Source: Patescibacteria group bacterium (lineage in GTDB: Bacteria; Patescibacteriota; UBA1384; XYA2-FULL-43-10). From it: a stretch of DNA of 32,000 nt. The notes under the pieces were generated by a model, which worked only from the letters and a program-made list of their open reading frames with translations, was not told the origin of the DNA and ran no database searches. Location of the stretch: NCBI GenBank assembly GCA_041674405.1, contig JBAYVT010000001.1:60001-92000 (forward strand). The letters run 5' to 3'. The position numbers and the translations under genes are program-made. Positions 16,820 through 27,181 of this stretch are shown here, in pieces (position 1 is the first letter of the stretch; every line of letters starts with the position of its first letter).

Positions 16820-16868
16820 GAGGTGGAAGAGCTGAAGAGCGGACCAAGTGTCCGCTTTTGGCTTTTAA
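16818..16868 (+). terminator. Terminator-containing ~50-bp direct repeat, copy A
   Basis: ggaggtggaagagctGAAGAGCGGACcaagtGTCCGCTTTTGGCTTTTAA. The 35-bp core 16834-16868 is identical to 17970-18004; hairpin AGCGGAC/GTCCGCU followed by a U-run. Confidence 0.7.
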
Positions 16869-17017
16869 TCGCCAACTTGGCAATCATTTAATCCGTAAAG
16901 TTTCACATAGCCAAATTCGATGGCTAATAACCTTGACGAAGGAGGCTAATAATGTTATGTTGAACATCGACTTCGAACCACATACCTTTCACATACCTTC
17001 TAAGGGGGAATCGGATA

Positions 17018-17947
17018 ATGCGAGGCGTTAGCCTTCTGAAGTCGTTGGTGAGTTGGGTCGGAAGCTGGATCACGTTCATCATCGCGCTTGCGGTGATGGC
17101 CGGGTTCTGGTTCGGGTGCTACATGGCGGTGAAGACTTGGGCACCAGAGTATCTGCACTACTTCGATCTGGGCCTCTGGATCGCCGGGGGTTTGGCCGGG
17201 GTGATGCTCGTCTTCAACGAGCCGATCGTCGTTCTAGCCACTGGCGCCAGCCGAGTCAAGGAGCCGCTAGCCTTGGGCTCGGAGCGCAAGCTCTGGAACG
17301 CCGTAATGGCGGTAAGCGGCAGTATGATGATCAAGCCGCGCGTCTATCTGCTTCCAGACTTAGGCATGAACGCCATCAGCTTCGGCTGGGGAATCCCGTT
17401 CATGTCGGCCGTTGGAGCAACGCAAGGCGCCGTACACAGTCTAAGCGACGAAGAGCTGCAGGCCGTGATGGCACACGAGGTCGGGCACATCCTCAACAAG
17501 GACATCCTGATTTCTACCGCGATGGCCGCATCGGTCATGGTTATGGCCTTGACCGGCTGGCTTCTTATGCGGGTCGCCCCATGGACTGGCGGTAGGCGAA
17601 GCTCCTCATCAGAAAGCTCTAGCGGAGGGATCGCGATCCTGGTCTTCCTGGTCGTGGGTGGCGTGATGTACATTTTCGGCCGCCTACTGGGTAGCGTTCT
17701 GCAGGCGTTTGTCTCGCGACAGCGAGAGTATGTTGCGGATACTACCTCGGCCCGGATCATGGGATCGGGGGAGCCTCTGATCAGCGCCTTGCGCAAAGTC
17801 ACCGGTTACCCCTCGATTGGGTCTGATGTTGCGGCAGCCGCCGTAGGGTTCCTTTGCACTGCAGACCCCAATCCCGAGGACATGATGGCGACGCACCCGT
17901 CGCTGTCGGACAGGATTTACCACCTGAAAGACCTGTCTGGGGAGTAA
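17018..17947 (+). CDS. M48-family (HtpX-like) membrane zinc metallopeptidase (G+C-rich)
   Basis: 309 aa. HEVGHILNKD (HExxH), downstream EYVAD, and several hydrophobic helices. GGGGGA SD 7 nt upstream. Confidence 0.8.
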   Translation: MRGVSLLKSLVSWVGSWITFIIALAVMAGFWFGCYMAVKTWAPEYLHYFDLGLWIAGGLAGVMLVFNEPIVVLATGASRVKEPLALGSERKLWNAVMAVSGSMMIKPRVYLLPDLGMNAISFGWGIPFMSAVGATQGAVHSLSDEELQAVMAHEVGHILNKDILISTAMAASVMVMALTGWLLMRVAPWTGGRRSSSSESSSGGIAILVFLVVGGVMYIFGRLLGSVLQAFVSRQREYVADTTSARIMGSGEPLISALRKVTGYPSIGSDVAAAAVGFLCTADPNPEDMMATHPSLSDRIYHLKDLSGE

Positions 17948-17955
17948 ATGAGAGT

Positions 17956-18004
17956 GGAGGTGGAGAGCCGAAGAGCGGACCAAGTGTCCGCTTTTGGCTT
18001 TTAA
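17956..18004 (+). terminator. Terminator-containing direct repeat, copy B
   Basis: ggaggtggagagccGAAGAGCGGACcaagtGTCCGCTTTTGGCTTTTAA, with the same 35-bp core as copy A. Confidence 0.7.
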
Positions 18005-18006
18005 AT

Positions 18007-18041
18007 AAAGAAAAAAGAGCCTTCAAGGTTCTTTTTTCTTT
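18007..18041. terminator. A/U-rich 15-bp hairpin, candidate bidirectional terminator at the rpsG / island junction
   Basis: aaagaaaaaaga-gcc-ttcaa-ggt-tcttttttcttt. The 12 outer pairs are perfect, and there is a U-tract on either strand. Confidence 0.6.
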
Positions 18042-18058
18042 ATGAGTTTCGATTTTAT

Positions 18059-18535
18059 TTAGAATCTTGCGAAGTGGGCAAACGCCTTGTTGGCTTCCGC
18101 CATCTTATGAGTTTCTTCGCGTTTTTTCACGGCTGCGCCTTCATTCTTGCAGGCCTGAATTATTTCATCTGAAAGTTTGAGTGCAAGTTTTTGGCCCTTT
18201 TTCTTATTGGCAGCGGCTAGAATCCAGCGCATGGCAAGTGTATTTTTGCGGTCTTTGTTGACCTCGACTGGCACCTGATAGTTGGCACCGCCGATTCGCT
18301 TTCCCTTAACCTCTACAATCGGACCGACGTTTTTGATCATCAGATCGAATACTTCCATCGGCTCAGACTTAAGCTCGACAGAAGCGGTATCAAATGCTTC
18401 GTAGACGATTCGCTCAGCAACAGTTTTCTTGCCATTTAGCATGACGTAATTGATGAATTTTGACATCAAAATGCTGCCGTATTTTGCATCGGGCTGTATT
18501 GGCTGCTTCTTAGCTTTTGTATTTCCTCGTGACAT
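18059..18535 (-). CDS. rpsG: 30S ribosomal protein S7
   Basis: 158 aa; PDAKYGS...KFIN and NKAFAHFRF-type (ANKAFAHFARF) C-terminus. Confidence 0.96.
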   Translation of the reverse strand: MSRGNTKAKKQPIQPDAKYGSILMSKFINYVMLNGKKTVAERIVYEAFDTASVELKSEPMEVFDLMIKNVGPIVEVKGKRIGGANYQVPVEVNKDRKNTLAMRWILAAANKKKGQKLALKLSDEIIQACKNEGAAVKKREETHKMAEANKAFAHFARF

Positions 18536-18598
18536 ATTTTTCTATCTAATAACTTAAATGTAATAACTAATAACTAACTGAATAATTTCCTTTGGTTT
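18536..18598. repeat. AU-rich intercistronic element, copy II (fills the whole rpsL-rpsG spacer)
   Basis: tatctaataacttaaatgtaataactaataactaac...tttcctttggtt aligns with copy I. Confidence 0.7.
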
Positions 18599-19021
18599 TT
18601 AGCTGGCTTTGACAAGCTTTACCCCGTATTTGCTTCGGGCTTGTTTGCGGTCTTTGACACCTTCAAGGTCGAGCTTTCCACGGATAATGTGATATCGCAT
18701 ACCAGGAAGGTCCTTCACGCGTCCGCCGCGAATCATAACCACAGAGTGTTCCTGTAGATTGTGGCCTTCGCCAGGGATATATGCGTTTACTTCCATGCCG
18801 TTTGTAAGTCTGACACGGGCAAATTTACGCAAAGCGGAGTTAGGCTTTTTCGGGGTCATGGTGCCAACCTTCACACAAACGCCGCGCTTTAGGGGGCAGC
18901 CTTTCGGCATGGCAACCGGCTTATTCTTAAGATAGTTAAAAGTGTTCTTAAGCGCAGTTGTCTTAACTTTGTTCTTGGCCCTTGTTCGGCCTTTTCTTAC
19001 TAATTGGTTGATTGTTGGCAT
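18599..19021 (-). CDS. rpsL: 30S ribosomal protein S12
   Basis: 140 aa; MPTINQL...[11 protein letters not shown] signature. It has a ~12-aa insertion after residue ~25 relative to the usual ~124-aa form. Confidence 0.96.
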   Translation of the reverse strand: MPTINQLVRKGRTRAKNKVKTTALKNTFNYLKNKPVAMPKGCPLKRGVCVKVGTMTPKKPNSALRKFARVRLTNGMEVNAYIPGEGHNLQEHSVVMIRGGRVKDLPGMRYHIIRGKLDLEGVKDRKQARSKYGVKLVKAS

Positions 19022-19150
19022 CTAAAATTCCTAAATTGAAATTATCTCACTGAATATTCACACAGATTCACACAGAAAATTTCCAGAAACTTCTGTGATC
19101 AATTTTTGTGAACGTAAATACGATATCAAAATTTCACCCGATTGTCAAAG

Positions 19151-22100
19151 CTATTCTGCAGCCGCCTTGGCAAGTTCACCCAGCGATTGGCCCTTCAAGC
19201 CGGTACCAGCCGGAATGAGTTTACCGATGATGACATTTTCCTTAAGGCCATTCAAATTATCGGTTTTGCCGGAAATCGCAGCGTCGATTAACACAGAAGT
19301 TGTTTCCATAAATGATGCAGCAGACAGGAAGCTCTTGGTCTTTAGGGCGACTCGGCTCATACCCATAATGATAGGCTCAAATTCGATAAGCTTGGCACCC
19401 TCTTTCTTTCTTCTTGTGTTTTCACGGCCAAGCTCTTGCGAGTCGACGACCTGACCAGGAAGGAATTCGGTCTCATTATCAGAAGAGATAATTCTCGCTT
19501 TTGAGCACATCTGGCGAACAATTACTTCCAAGTGCTTGTCATTGATGTGCTGGCCTTGCGATTCATAAATTTTCTGAACATCATCGATAATATAATTTTG
19601 GGTCTCTTCCAAACCTTTTAGCTTGAGCGATGAAGTAAGATCGAAATGGCCTTCGGTAAGGGCATCACCCTTTTTCACATCGGCGCCGTCTTTGACGCGA
19701 AGCAGTGAAATTGTTGAAGTTGGATACTCGCGCATGACCTTACCGCGCCCGGAAATAATTCCTTTATCACCTGAAATTTTGATTTCACCGGCGATATTTG
19801 CGCGAAGCGGCTTCTGATCCTGCGCCTCAGCAATAATTTCTTTGGCCTTGATCTTATCGCCATTTTTCACAATCCATTTGTACTCTGCAGGCAAAACATG
19901 AGATTCAGATTTGTCGGCAATTCCCATAACGATCAATTCAGTCTCGTTTTTGTTCTTTTCAATTGTAACCTTACCATCGATTTCAGAAATAATTGCCGGG
20001 CTCTTCGGTGATCTGGCTTCAAATAATTCTTCAACTCGAGGCAAACCGGAAGTAATGTCTTCACCAGCAGCACCACCTGTGTGGAAGGTACGCATAGTAA
20101 GCTGGGTTCCCGGCTCACCAATAGCTTGTGCGGCAACGATACCAACAGTTGCACCGGTATTTACGAGCTGACCGGTAGCAGGATCTTGCCCATAGCAGTG
20201 TTGGCACACGCCACGCTCAGTCTGGCAACCAAGAAGCGAACGAATTTTGATAGAGTCAATTCCGGCGGCTTCGATTTTCTGTATGTCATCTTCGGTAAGC
20301 ATAGCACCGGCTTTGATTCCGGCTGCATCTTCTGCGAGCACTCGTCCACGGATGTAGGCATTCCAGGTGCCACCCTCAGCTTCGTAAAACGACTTATTCA
20401 TCTGGCGGCTCTGATCTGTCCCGCAATCTTGCATAGTGATAACGGTATCCTGAGAAACATCAACCAGTCTTCGGGTAAGATATCCCGCTTCAGATGTTCT
20501 AAGAGCAGTGTCAGCACGACCTTTTCTGGATCCGTGGGTTGATACGAAGTATTCAAACACCGACAAGCCTTCTTTGAAGTTCGAGATGATCGGAAGCTCG
20601 ATGATATTACCGGTAGGATCGGCTACGAGGCCCTTCATACCAGCAATCTGATTGAGCTGGGAAACATTACCGCGAGCCCCGGATTTCATGAATATGAAGA
20701 GGTTGTTATCTTTGTCAAACGCATCTACCATAGTCTTTTCAACCTCGCTTGATGCATCCATCCAAATCTCAACTGTCTTTGCATATCGCTCATCGTTGGT
20801 TAAAAATCCTGACATGAATTGGGTATCGATCTTGTTCAGCTTTTCTTGGGCTGCCTTTATGACATCCTTTTTCTTTTCAGAAACAACAATGTCTTCCACG
20901 GCAAATGTAATGCCGGATTGGCCAGCAAACTTGAATCCAAGAGCCTTGAAATTATCTACAAGCTTGGCTGTTTCAGCCTTTCCATATGTGTGGTAAACAC
21001 TTGAGACAACAGATTTGATTTTCTTTTCATCAAAGACTGCGTTTTCAAATGGATGCCCTTCAGGCAAATTTTCATTTAGAATGATTCGCCCAGCAGTTGT
21101 TTCGAGCACTTCGCCATTTACCCTGACCTTCACGAGTTCACGAAGCCCAAGTTTTTCAGCTTCGTATGCGCTTACAGCTTCGTCTGCATTTGAATATGCC
21201 TTGGTCACGGCTTTGTCTTCAGCTTCGAGCATAGACAAATAATATAGGCCAAGGATTATATCAAGCTTCGGAGTAACGATCGGATCACCGGAAGCAGGCT
21301 TTAAAAGGTTGTGGGCTGAAAGCATGATTTCTCCGGCTTCCATTTCCGCCTGTTCTGAAAGAGGAACATGAACAGCCATCTGGTCACCATCAAAGTCTGC
21401 ATTAAAGGCAGAACACACGAGCGGGTGAACCTGAATAGCTTTACCCTCGATCAAAACCGGCTGAAAAGCTTGAATACCAAGCCTGTGAAGAGTCGGTGCG
21501 CGATTGAGCATCACATGATGATCGCGGGTGATTTCTTCCAAAATATCCCAAACAAAAGATTCGCCTTGGTCTATGAGCCTGGTAGCATTTTTCACATTGT
21601 GAACATACCCGTCTTTGATAAGGCGGCCGATTACGAACGGCTTAAATAGTTCAAGAGCCATAACCTTCGGAATACCGCACTGGTTTAGCTTCAAATTCGG
21701 GCCGACAACGATAACAGACCTACCAGAATAGTCAACACGTTTACCAAGAAGGTTCTGTCTGAATCGTCCTTGTTTACCACGGATCATATCGGAAAGCGAT
21801 CGAAGTTTTCTCTTGCCGCCGGCAGATGAAGCGATTTTGCCTTTTCTGGCGGAGTTGTCGATTAAGGCATCCACTGCCTCCTGAAGCATTCGTTTCTCGT
21901 TGCGGCAAATAACTTCAGGCGCACCCTGTGAAATTAATCTTTTTAAGCGATTGTTTCTGTTCAATACTCGGCGATATAGGTCGTTTAGGTCTGATGCGGC
22001 AAATCGGCCACCATCGAGCTGAACCATCGGTCGAAGATCCGGCGGAATAACAGGAATGCGAGAAAGGACAAGCCATTCTGGCCTGATATCAGCGGACTTA

Positions 22101-22930
22101 AGATTGTTTAAAATTCGGAGAGTTTTAAGAAGTTTTCTTCTATTTGTGCCGTTGTCTTTGGCAAGGGCTGCACGAGTGTTTTGAATCTCAGCACCGAGAT
22201 CAACGCGCTTTAAAAGCTCGGAAACTGCTTCAGCACCGATATTTACAGAGACTACTTGCCCATATTTGATGGTGAGATCGTTGTATTTTTCTTCTGAGAT
22301 AATAGTGCCAGCCTTGATTCCGGTCAAATCGCTTTTTGCTTGCTTGTAAGCGGCATCGATTTTTTGGCGCTCGATTTCCTTGGATGCTTCGGATTTGGTA
22401 GGATCAGACTTTTTTATCTTGTTCAAATATTCCTGATATTCCTCTTCAAGTGCGGCAAGACTCTCTTCCTGAATTTCACTATTTATATCCATCACGATAA
22501 AGGAGGCAAAATAAATCACTTTTTCAAGATCATTAACAGAGAGACCAAGGATCGAGGCGATAACAGACGAAGTTCCGCGGGAATACCAAATATGCGCTAC
22601 AGGAACAGCAAGATCGATATGGCCCATTCGGATACGGCGTACAGATGAACGGGTGACTTCGACGCCGCACTTATCGCAGACTACGCCTTTGTATCGAATC
22701 TTTTTGTACTTTCCGCAGTAGCACTCCCAGTCTTTGGTCGGCCCAAAAATCCGTTCACAGAATAAGCCGTCGCGTTCTGGTTTTTGCGTGCGGTAATTGA
22801 TGGTTTCCGGTTTTAGAACCTCGCCATGAGACCATGTCAAAATGTCATCCGGCGAAGCAACGGAAATCTTTACCGCTTCGAAGTCGGTAACATTCACCTG
22901 GTCTTTTATTTCAACTCTTTCTTTCGCCAT
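19151..22930 (-). CDS. rpoC: DNA-directed RNA polymerase subunit beta'
   Basis: 1259 aa; zinc motif [23 protein letters not shown]; catalytic NADFDGD. Confidence 0.98.
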   Translation of the reverse strand: MAKERVEIKDQVNVTDFEAVKISVASPDDILTWSHGEVLKPETINYRTQKPERDGLFCERIFGPTKDWECYCGKYKKIRYKGVVCDKCGVEVTRSSVRRIRMGHIDLAVPVAHIWYSRGTSSVIASILGLSVNDLEKVIYFASFIVMDINSEIQEESLAALEEEYQEYLNKIKKSDPTKSEASKEIERQKIDAAYKQAKSDLTGIKAGTIISEEKYNDLTIKYGQVVSVNIGAEAVSELLKRVDLGAEIQNTRAALAKDNGTNRRKLLKTLRILNNLKSADIRPEWLVLSRIPVIPPDLRPMVQLDGGRFAASDLNDLYRRVLNRNNRLKRLISQGAPEVICRNEKRMLQEAVDALIDNSARKGKIASSAGGKRKLRSLSDMIRGKQGRFRQNLLGKRVDYSGRSVIVVGPNLKLNQCGIPKVMALELFKPFVIGRLIKDGYVHNVKNATRLIDQGESFVWDILEEITRDHHVMLNRAPTLHRLGIQAFQPVLIEGKAIQVHPLVCSAFNADFDGDQMAVHVPLSEQAEMEAGEIMLSAHNLLKPASGDPIVTPKLDIILGLYYLSMLEAEDKAVTKAYSNADEAVSAYEAEKLGLRELVKVRVNGEVLETTAGRIILNENLPEGHPFENAVFDEKKIKSVVSSVYHTYGKAETAKLVDNFKALGFKFAGQSGITFAVEDIVVSEKKKDVIKAAQEKLNKIDTQFMSGFLTNDERYAKTVEIWMDASSEVEKTMVDAFDKDNNLFIFMKSGARGNVSQLNQIAGMKGLVADPTGNIIELPIISNFKEGLSVFEYFVSTHGSRKGRADTALRTSEAGYLTRRLVDVSQDTVITMQDCGTDQSRQMNKSFYEAEGGTWNAYIRGRVLAEDAAGIKAGAMLTEDDIQKIEAAGIDSIKIRSLLGCQTERGVCQHCYGQDPATGQLVNTGATVGIVAAQAIGEPGTQLTMRTFHTGGAAGEDITSGLPRVEELFEARSPKSPAIISEIDGKVTIEKNKNETELIVMGIADKSESHVLPAEYKWIVKNGDKIKAKEIIAEAQDQKPLRANIAGEIKISGDKGIISGRGKVMREYPTSTISLLRVKDGADVKKGDALTEGHFDLTSSLKLKGLEETQNYIIDDVQKIYESQGQHINDKHLEVIVRQMCSKARIISSDNETEFLPGQVVDSQELGRENTRRKKEGAKLIEFEPIIMGMSRVALKTKSFLSAASFMETTSVLIDAAISGKTDNLNGLKENVIIGKLIPAGTGLKGQSLGELAKAAAE

Positions 22931-22987
22931 ATTATCCTCTGTTTTTCATTAATCAGGTCGGGCTAATTAGCCTAATTGGTTATTCAA

Positions 22988-25900
22988 TTATCCTTCTTTA
23001 ACTTCTTCTGAGACTATATCTTCATCTTCGCTGGTTTGTTCTGCGGCAATCTCCGTCAGCTTTTCATCAAGCTCTTCGCTATCACCATCTTCTCCGTCCT
23101 CAAAATCATCCGAGCTTTCTATTTCTACGTGGGAATCTTCAACATGAGGGGCTCGAATAACTTCACTCTCTTCTTCCAAAACTTCTGATTCCTCAGCGAT
23201 AAGATCGACACGAAGCGCTAAGCTCTGAAGTTCTTTGACCATAACGTTGAAAGCTTCCGGTAGGGTTGGTTTCTGAATCTTTTCGCCCTTAATGATAGCT
23301 TCGTAAGCCTTGGAGCGGCCGATAACATCATCGGATTTGATTGTGAGCATTTCCTGCAAGATATGGGCAGCGCCATAAGCTTCAAGGGCCCAAACTTCCA
23401 TCTCACCAAATCTCTGTCCGCCGAATTGTGCCTTACCACCGAGCGGCTGCTGGGTAATCATCGAGTAAGGACCGACAGAACGTGCGTGCATCTTGTCGTC
23501 AACAAGGTGATGGAGTTTCAAGATATACATAACTCCAACGGTAGATTCACGATCAAAAGGAAGGCCGGTTCTGCCATCGATGAGCTTAATTTTGCCGCTT
23601 TCCGGTAAATTCTGCTCTTTGAGTTTAGATCTGATTTCGTCATTTGAAATACCTTCAAAAGCAGGAGAAGCGACCTTATATCCGCCTTCCATCGCGGCCC
23701 AGCCCAAGTGGGTTTCCAAAATCTGGCCAATATTCATACGGGAAATTACACCAAGAGGGTTCAAAATTACGTCAACCGGGCGTCCATCAGGAAGATATGG
23801 CATGTCTTCTTCGGGAAGAATGGTAGAGATAACACCTTTGTTACCATGGCGTCCAGCCAGCTTGTCTCCAATCGAAATCTTGCGAAGCTGAGCCACAGAG
23901 ACTTCAACCATCTGATATACGCCAGATGGAAGTTCGTCGCCGGATTCTTTCGAAAATACCTTTACGCCGACGATTTTGCCGCGCTCGCCGTGAGGCAGGC
24001 GAAGCGAAGAATCCCGGACGTCTTTGGCTTTTTCACCGAAAATGGCCCGAAGAAGCTTTTCTTCAGCCGAAAGCTCGGTTTCACCTTTTGGCGAGATTTT
24101 ACCAACAAGGATATCGCCAGGGCCGACTTCTGCGCCAAGGCGAACAATTCCAAGCTCATCAAGATTTGAAAGTGCTTCTTCAGAAACATTTGGAATATCG
24201 CGGGTTAGAAGCTCAGGACCAAGTTTAGTATCGCGGACTTCGATAGAATATTTTTCAATATGAACACTTGAAAGTTCATGATCGCGAACCAATCTTTCAG
24301 AGATAATAATAGCATCTTCGTAGTTACCACCACCCCATGACATGAAAGCAACCAAAAGATTCTGCCCGAGAGCCAATTCGCCATTTTGCGTTGCTGAAGA
24401 ATCAGCGATAATTTGACCCTTTTTAACCTTGTCACCGACCTTAACAATCGGTTTTTGGTTTATAGCTGTACCTTGATTTGATCTTAAAAACTTCTCAAGC
24501 TCATAATCAAGCTCTTCGCCGTCTTTATTTTTGATTCGAATCAGGTGAGAAGAAACATGCGTTGCTTCACCATCTTCCTCAGCAAGCAAAATCTGGCCGG
24601 AGTCCTTGGCAGCGGCCTCTTCCATGCCGGTACCAACGATAGGAGAATCAGGCTTGATCAGGGGAACAGCCTGGCGTTGCATGTTCGATCCCATCATGGA
24701 TCTTGCTGCGTCATCATGTTCAACAAACGGAATAAGGGCCGTGGAGATAGAAACGATCTGTTTCGGCGATACGTCCATGTACTGAACCTTTTTGGCATCG
24801 GCAATTTCCGGCTCACCATTTTCACGTACAACTACGCGGTCGCCCTTAATATAGCTATTTTCATCAAGTTCGATCGAAGCCGGCGCAATCAAGTGTTTCG
24901 ACTCTTCGGACGCATCAAGATATTCGATTTCGTCTGTTACTTTTACTTTTTTACCCTCGACTACTACCTTTCTGTATGGCGTTTCCAAAAATCCGTATTC
25001 ATTTACCTTGGCATAGGATGCCATATAGGAGACAAGGCCAATATTCGGTCCTTCAGGAGATTCGATCGGGCAGATTCTACCATAGTGCGAAGTATGAACG
25101 TCACGAACTTCAAATCCAGCGCGTTCGCGGGAAAGTCCGCCAGGACCGGTAGCCGAAAGCGTTCGTTTATGTTCGAGCTCGGAAAGCGGATTTGTTTGAT
25201 TCATAAACTGAGAAAGCTGCGAGCTGGCAAAGAATTCTTGCAGAGAAGCGGCAATTGGGCGGGCATTTACAAGCGATCCGGGAGTAATTTCTTCAGCTTC
25301 GAGAACGGACATTCTGTCTTTGATGATGCGTTCGACGCGCAAAAGCCCGACTCGAACACGGCTCTGTACTAGCTCGCCGACAGCGCGGATTCTTCTGTTT
25401 TTTAGGTTATCCGTGTCGTCTTCTTTTGCTTCCGGAGTATTGTTTAGGCGGATTATTTCTTTAATGATTTCGATCAGGTCTTCGACTCGAAATACGCGGT
25501 TTTCAGGAATGTTTTTAATATCAAGATTTAACCTACGATTCATTTTGTATCGGCCAACCCTGCCAAGATCATATCTTTTCGAATTGAAAAACATTGTTTC
25601 GATGAAAACTTTGGCCGACTCAGGAGTGGCAAGATCACCAGGGCGAATTCTTTTGTAAGTCTCAACCAGGCCTTCTTCATAATTTTTGGCCGGATCTTTA
25701 AGAAGAGTTGATTCGATATATTTATGATTTTCATCGTCATCTACATCAGCAAACAAGTCCTTGATCTGTTGGTCTGTTGTAATTCCAAGAGCTCGAAGCA
25801 GGCTTGTAATAGGAATTCTTCTTTTGCGGTCAATTTTTACGGTGATGATATCCTTCGGGCTGGTTTCAATCTCAAGCCAGGCTCCACGGGAAGGAATAAC

Positions 25901-26377
25901 CTTTGCGCCGAACAGATTTCGTGCGCCAGAATTTTCAGAAGTAAAGAGAACACCATACGAACGGACAATTTGAGATACGACGACACGTTCGACACCATTT
26001 ATGATAAAGGTGCCGCGGCGGGTCATAAGAGGAAAATCACCAAGGAAAATTTCGCCTTCTTTGATTTCTTCGGTTTTCTTGTTTAGAAGGGTTGCCTTGA
26101 CACGCAGAGGTGCTTTATAGGTTAAATTTTTTTCTCGAGCAGTGCGTTCGTCTACCTTTGATTTTTCAAGATAATAATCGCCAAAGGTAAGAGAGTACAT
26201 TTCTCCGGTAAAATCATCGCAGGGCGAAATTTCGTCTAGGAGTTCACGAAGCCCTTCTTTGAAAAACCAGTCATAGGATTTCGTTTGGACTTCAATAAGA
26301 TTTGGAAGCTGTTCAAATGTTTGTTCTTGGCGAGGTTTGACCCTGCTTCCTACTTTGAATTTGGTTACCATAGACAC
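22988..26377 (-). CDS. rpoB: DNA-directed RNA polymerase subunit beta, with ~70-aa acidic C-terminal tail
   Basis: 1129 aa with conserved beta-subunit blocks ([31 protein letters not shown]). The tail is [11 protein letters not shown]...[14 protein letters not shown]. Confidence 0.98.
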   Translation of the reverse strand: MSMVTKFKVGSRVKPRQEQTFEQLPNLIEVQTKSYDWFFKEGLRELLDEISPCDDFTGEMYSLTFGDYYLEKSKVDERTAREKNLTYKAPLRVKATLLNKKTEEIKEGEIFLGDFPLMTRRGTFIINGVERVVVSQIVRSYGVLFTSENSGARNLFGAKVIPSRGAWLEIETSPKDIITVKIDRKRRIPITSLLRALGITTDQQIKDLFADVDDDENHKYIESTLLKDPAKNYEEGLVETYKRIRPGDLATPESAKVFIETMFFNSKRYDLGRVGRYKMNRRLNLDIKNIPENRVFRVEDLIEIIKEIIRLNNTPEAKEDDTDNLKNRRIRAVGELVQSRVRVGLLRVERIIKDRMSVLEAEEITPGSLVNARPIAASLQEFFASSQLSQFMNQTNPLSELEHKRTLSATGPGGLSRERAGFEVRDVHTSHYGRICPIESPEGPNIGLVSYMASYAKVNEYGFLETPYRKVVVEGKKVKVTDEIEYLDASEESKHLIAPASIELDENSYIKGDRVVVRENGEPEIADAKKVQYMDVSPKQIVSISTALIPFVEHDDAARSMMGSNMQRQAVPLIKPDSPIVGTGMEEAAAKDSGQILLAEEDGEATHVSSHLIRIKNKDGEELDYELEKFLRSNQGTAINQKPIVKVGDKVKKGQIIADSSATQNGELALGQNLLVAFMSWGGGNYEDAIIISERLVRDHELSSVHIEKYSIEVRDTKLGPELLTRDIPNVSEEALSNLDELGIVRLGAEVGPGDILVGKISPKGETELSAEEKLLRAIFGEKAKDVRDSSLRLPHGERGKIVGVKVFSKESGDELPSGVYQMVEVSVAQLRKISIGDKLAGRHGNKGVISTILPEEDMPYLPDGRPVDVILNPLGVISRMNIGQILETHLGWAAMEGGYKVASPAFEGISNDEIRSKLKEQNLPESGKIKLIDGRTGLPFDRESTVGVMYILKLHHLVDDKMHARSVGPYSMITQQPLGGKAQFGGQRFGEMEVWALEAYGAAHILQEMLTIKSDDVIGRSKAYEAIIKGEKIQKPTLPEAFNVMVKELQSLALRVDLIAEESEVLEEESEVIRAPHVEDSHVEIESSDDFEDGEDGDSEELDEKLTEIAAEQTSEDEDIVSEEVKEG

Positions 26378-26583
26378 TCTCCTTCAATTCGAACGATGAA
26401 AAAACACGAAAATCCTGTCCCCGGTTCAGGGGATTTGAAATGAAAAAAGATCTAAGAGACGAGATTTCGTAGCATTAAATTGCTCGATTTATTTGATTGA
26501 ATGTGATTTACCAATAAAGACTAGCACAACAAGTTGCGTTTGTCAACACAAACACAAACCCTTGTTATTTTCATGTTGTATAT

Positions 26584-26613
26584 ATAATATTCCGAACGAA
26601 TGGTGGGTGTCAA
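26584..26613 (-). promoter_or_regulatory. Candidate promoter for rpoBC with ~200-nt leader
   Basis: Minus sense TTGACA (26613-26608), 18-nt spacer, TATTAT (26589-26584). Confidence 0.45.
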
Positions 26614-26725
26614 GTGTGGATAAAATATTCGCATGCAGACTTAATTATTACGACTTATGTATCAAGTATCATGAGGTACGAATCAAGCGATTTTATTTAG
26701 CATAATACCTAATTCTTGATACTGG

Positions 26726-27181
26726 CTATTTTTTGCCTTTACGCAAAAAATCTGACTCTATCTGCCTCTCCTGCTCCCGTTTTTTGATCGTTTCTCTTTT
26801 GTCGAATTTTTTCTTGCCGCGGCCTAGGCCGACTTCAAGCTTCAGTTTCCCCCTTGTAAAATACATTTTCAGAGGAACAAGCGTCAGCCCTTTTTCTTCG
26901 GTTTTTCCTGCTAAACGCTCGATTTCAGTTTTTTTCAAGAGTAATTTTCGCGATCGCGATTTATCTTCCTCGTCACCAATTATCGAATTTATCAGGTATA
27001 CTTCACCATGCATTATGCGGACATGCGCACCTGAGATATTGGCACGTCCAGACCTTGCGGCCTTAATTTCGTTCCCGAAAAGAACAACCCCGGCTTCAAA
27101 CGACTCATCAATTGCATAGTCGAACCGGGCTTTCTTATTATAGATCTCAATTTTTTTTGTCTTTTCAGTTTTTGCCGGCAT
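26726..27181 (-). CDS. smpB: SsrA-binding protein SmpB
   Basis: NKKARFDYAI...FEAGVVLFGNEIK...KLLLKKTEI...KGLTLVPLKMYF. I chose ATG 27181; the track start at 27223 is TTG. Confidence 0.9.
   Translation of the reverse strand: MPAKTEKTKKIEIYNKKARFDYAIDESFEAGVVLFGNEIKAARSGRANISGAHVRIMHGEVYLINSIIGDEEDKSRSRKLLLKKTEIERLAGKTEEKGLTLVPLKMYFTRGKLKLEVGLGRGKKKFDKRETIKKREQERQIESDFLRKGKK

Noticed and set aside
16818-18004. Repeated post-gene element as integron attC sites (cassette array)
   Set aside because: I could not find the RYYYAAC / GTTRRRY core pair, and there is no integrase. The element is adequately explained as a duplicated intrinsic terminator. The direct-repeat geometry is still reported as a finding.
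19061-19120. TCTGTG/CACAGA motifs shared by the rpoC-rpsL spacer and the fusA upstream region (11441-11480)
   Set aside because: The 6-7-mers are short, occur in mixed orientations and do not have consistent spacing. A 7-bp hairpin (cacagaa/ttctgtg) exists but lacks a U-run. This is too weak to call.
26378-26725. Possible tmRNA (ssrA) in the 348-nt gap next to smpB, prompted by ...CACCCACCA in minus sense near 26601
   Set aside because: There is no GGUUCGA-type T-arm, no complementary 5' acceptor strand and no tag ORF. The region is AT-rich and is better explained as the rpoB promoter plus leader.
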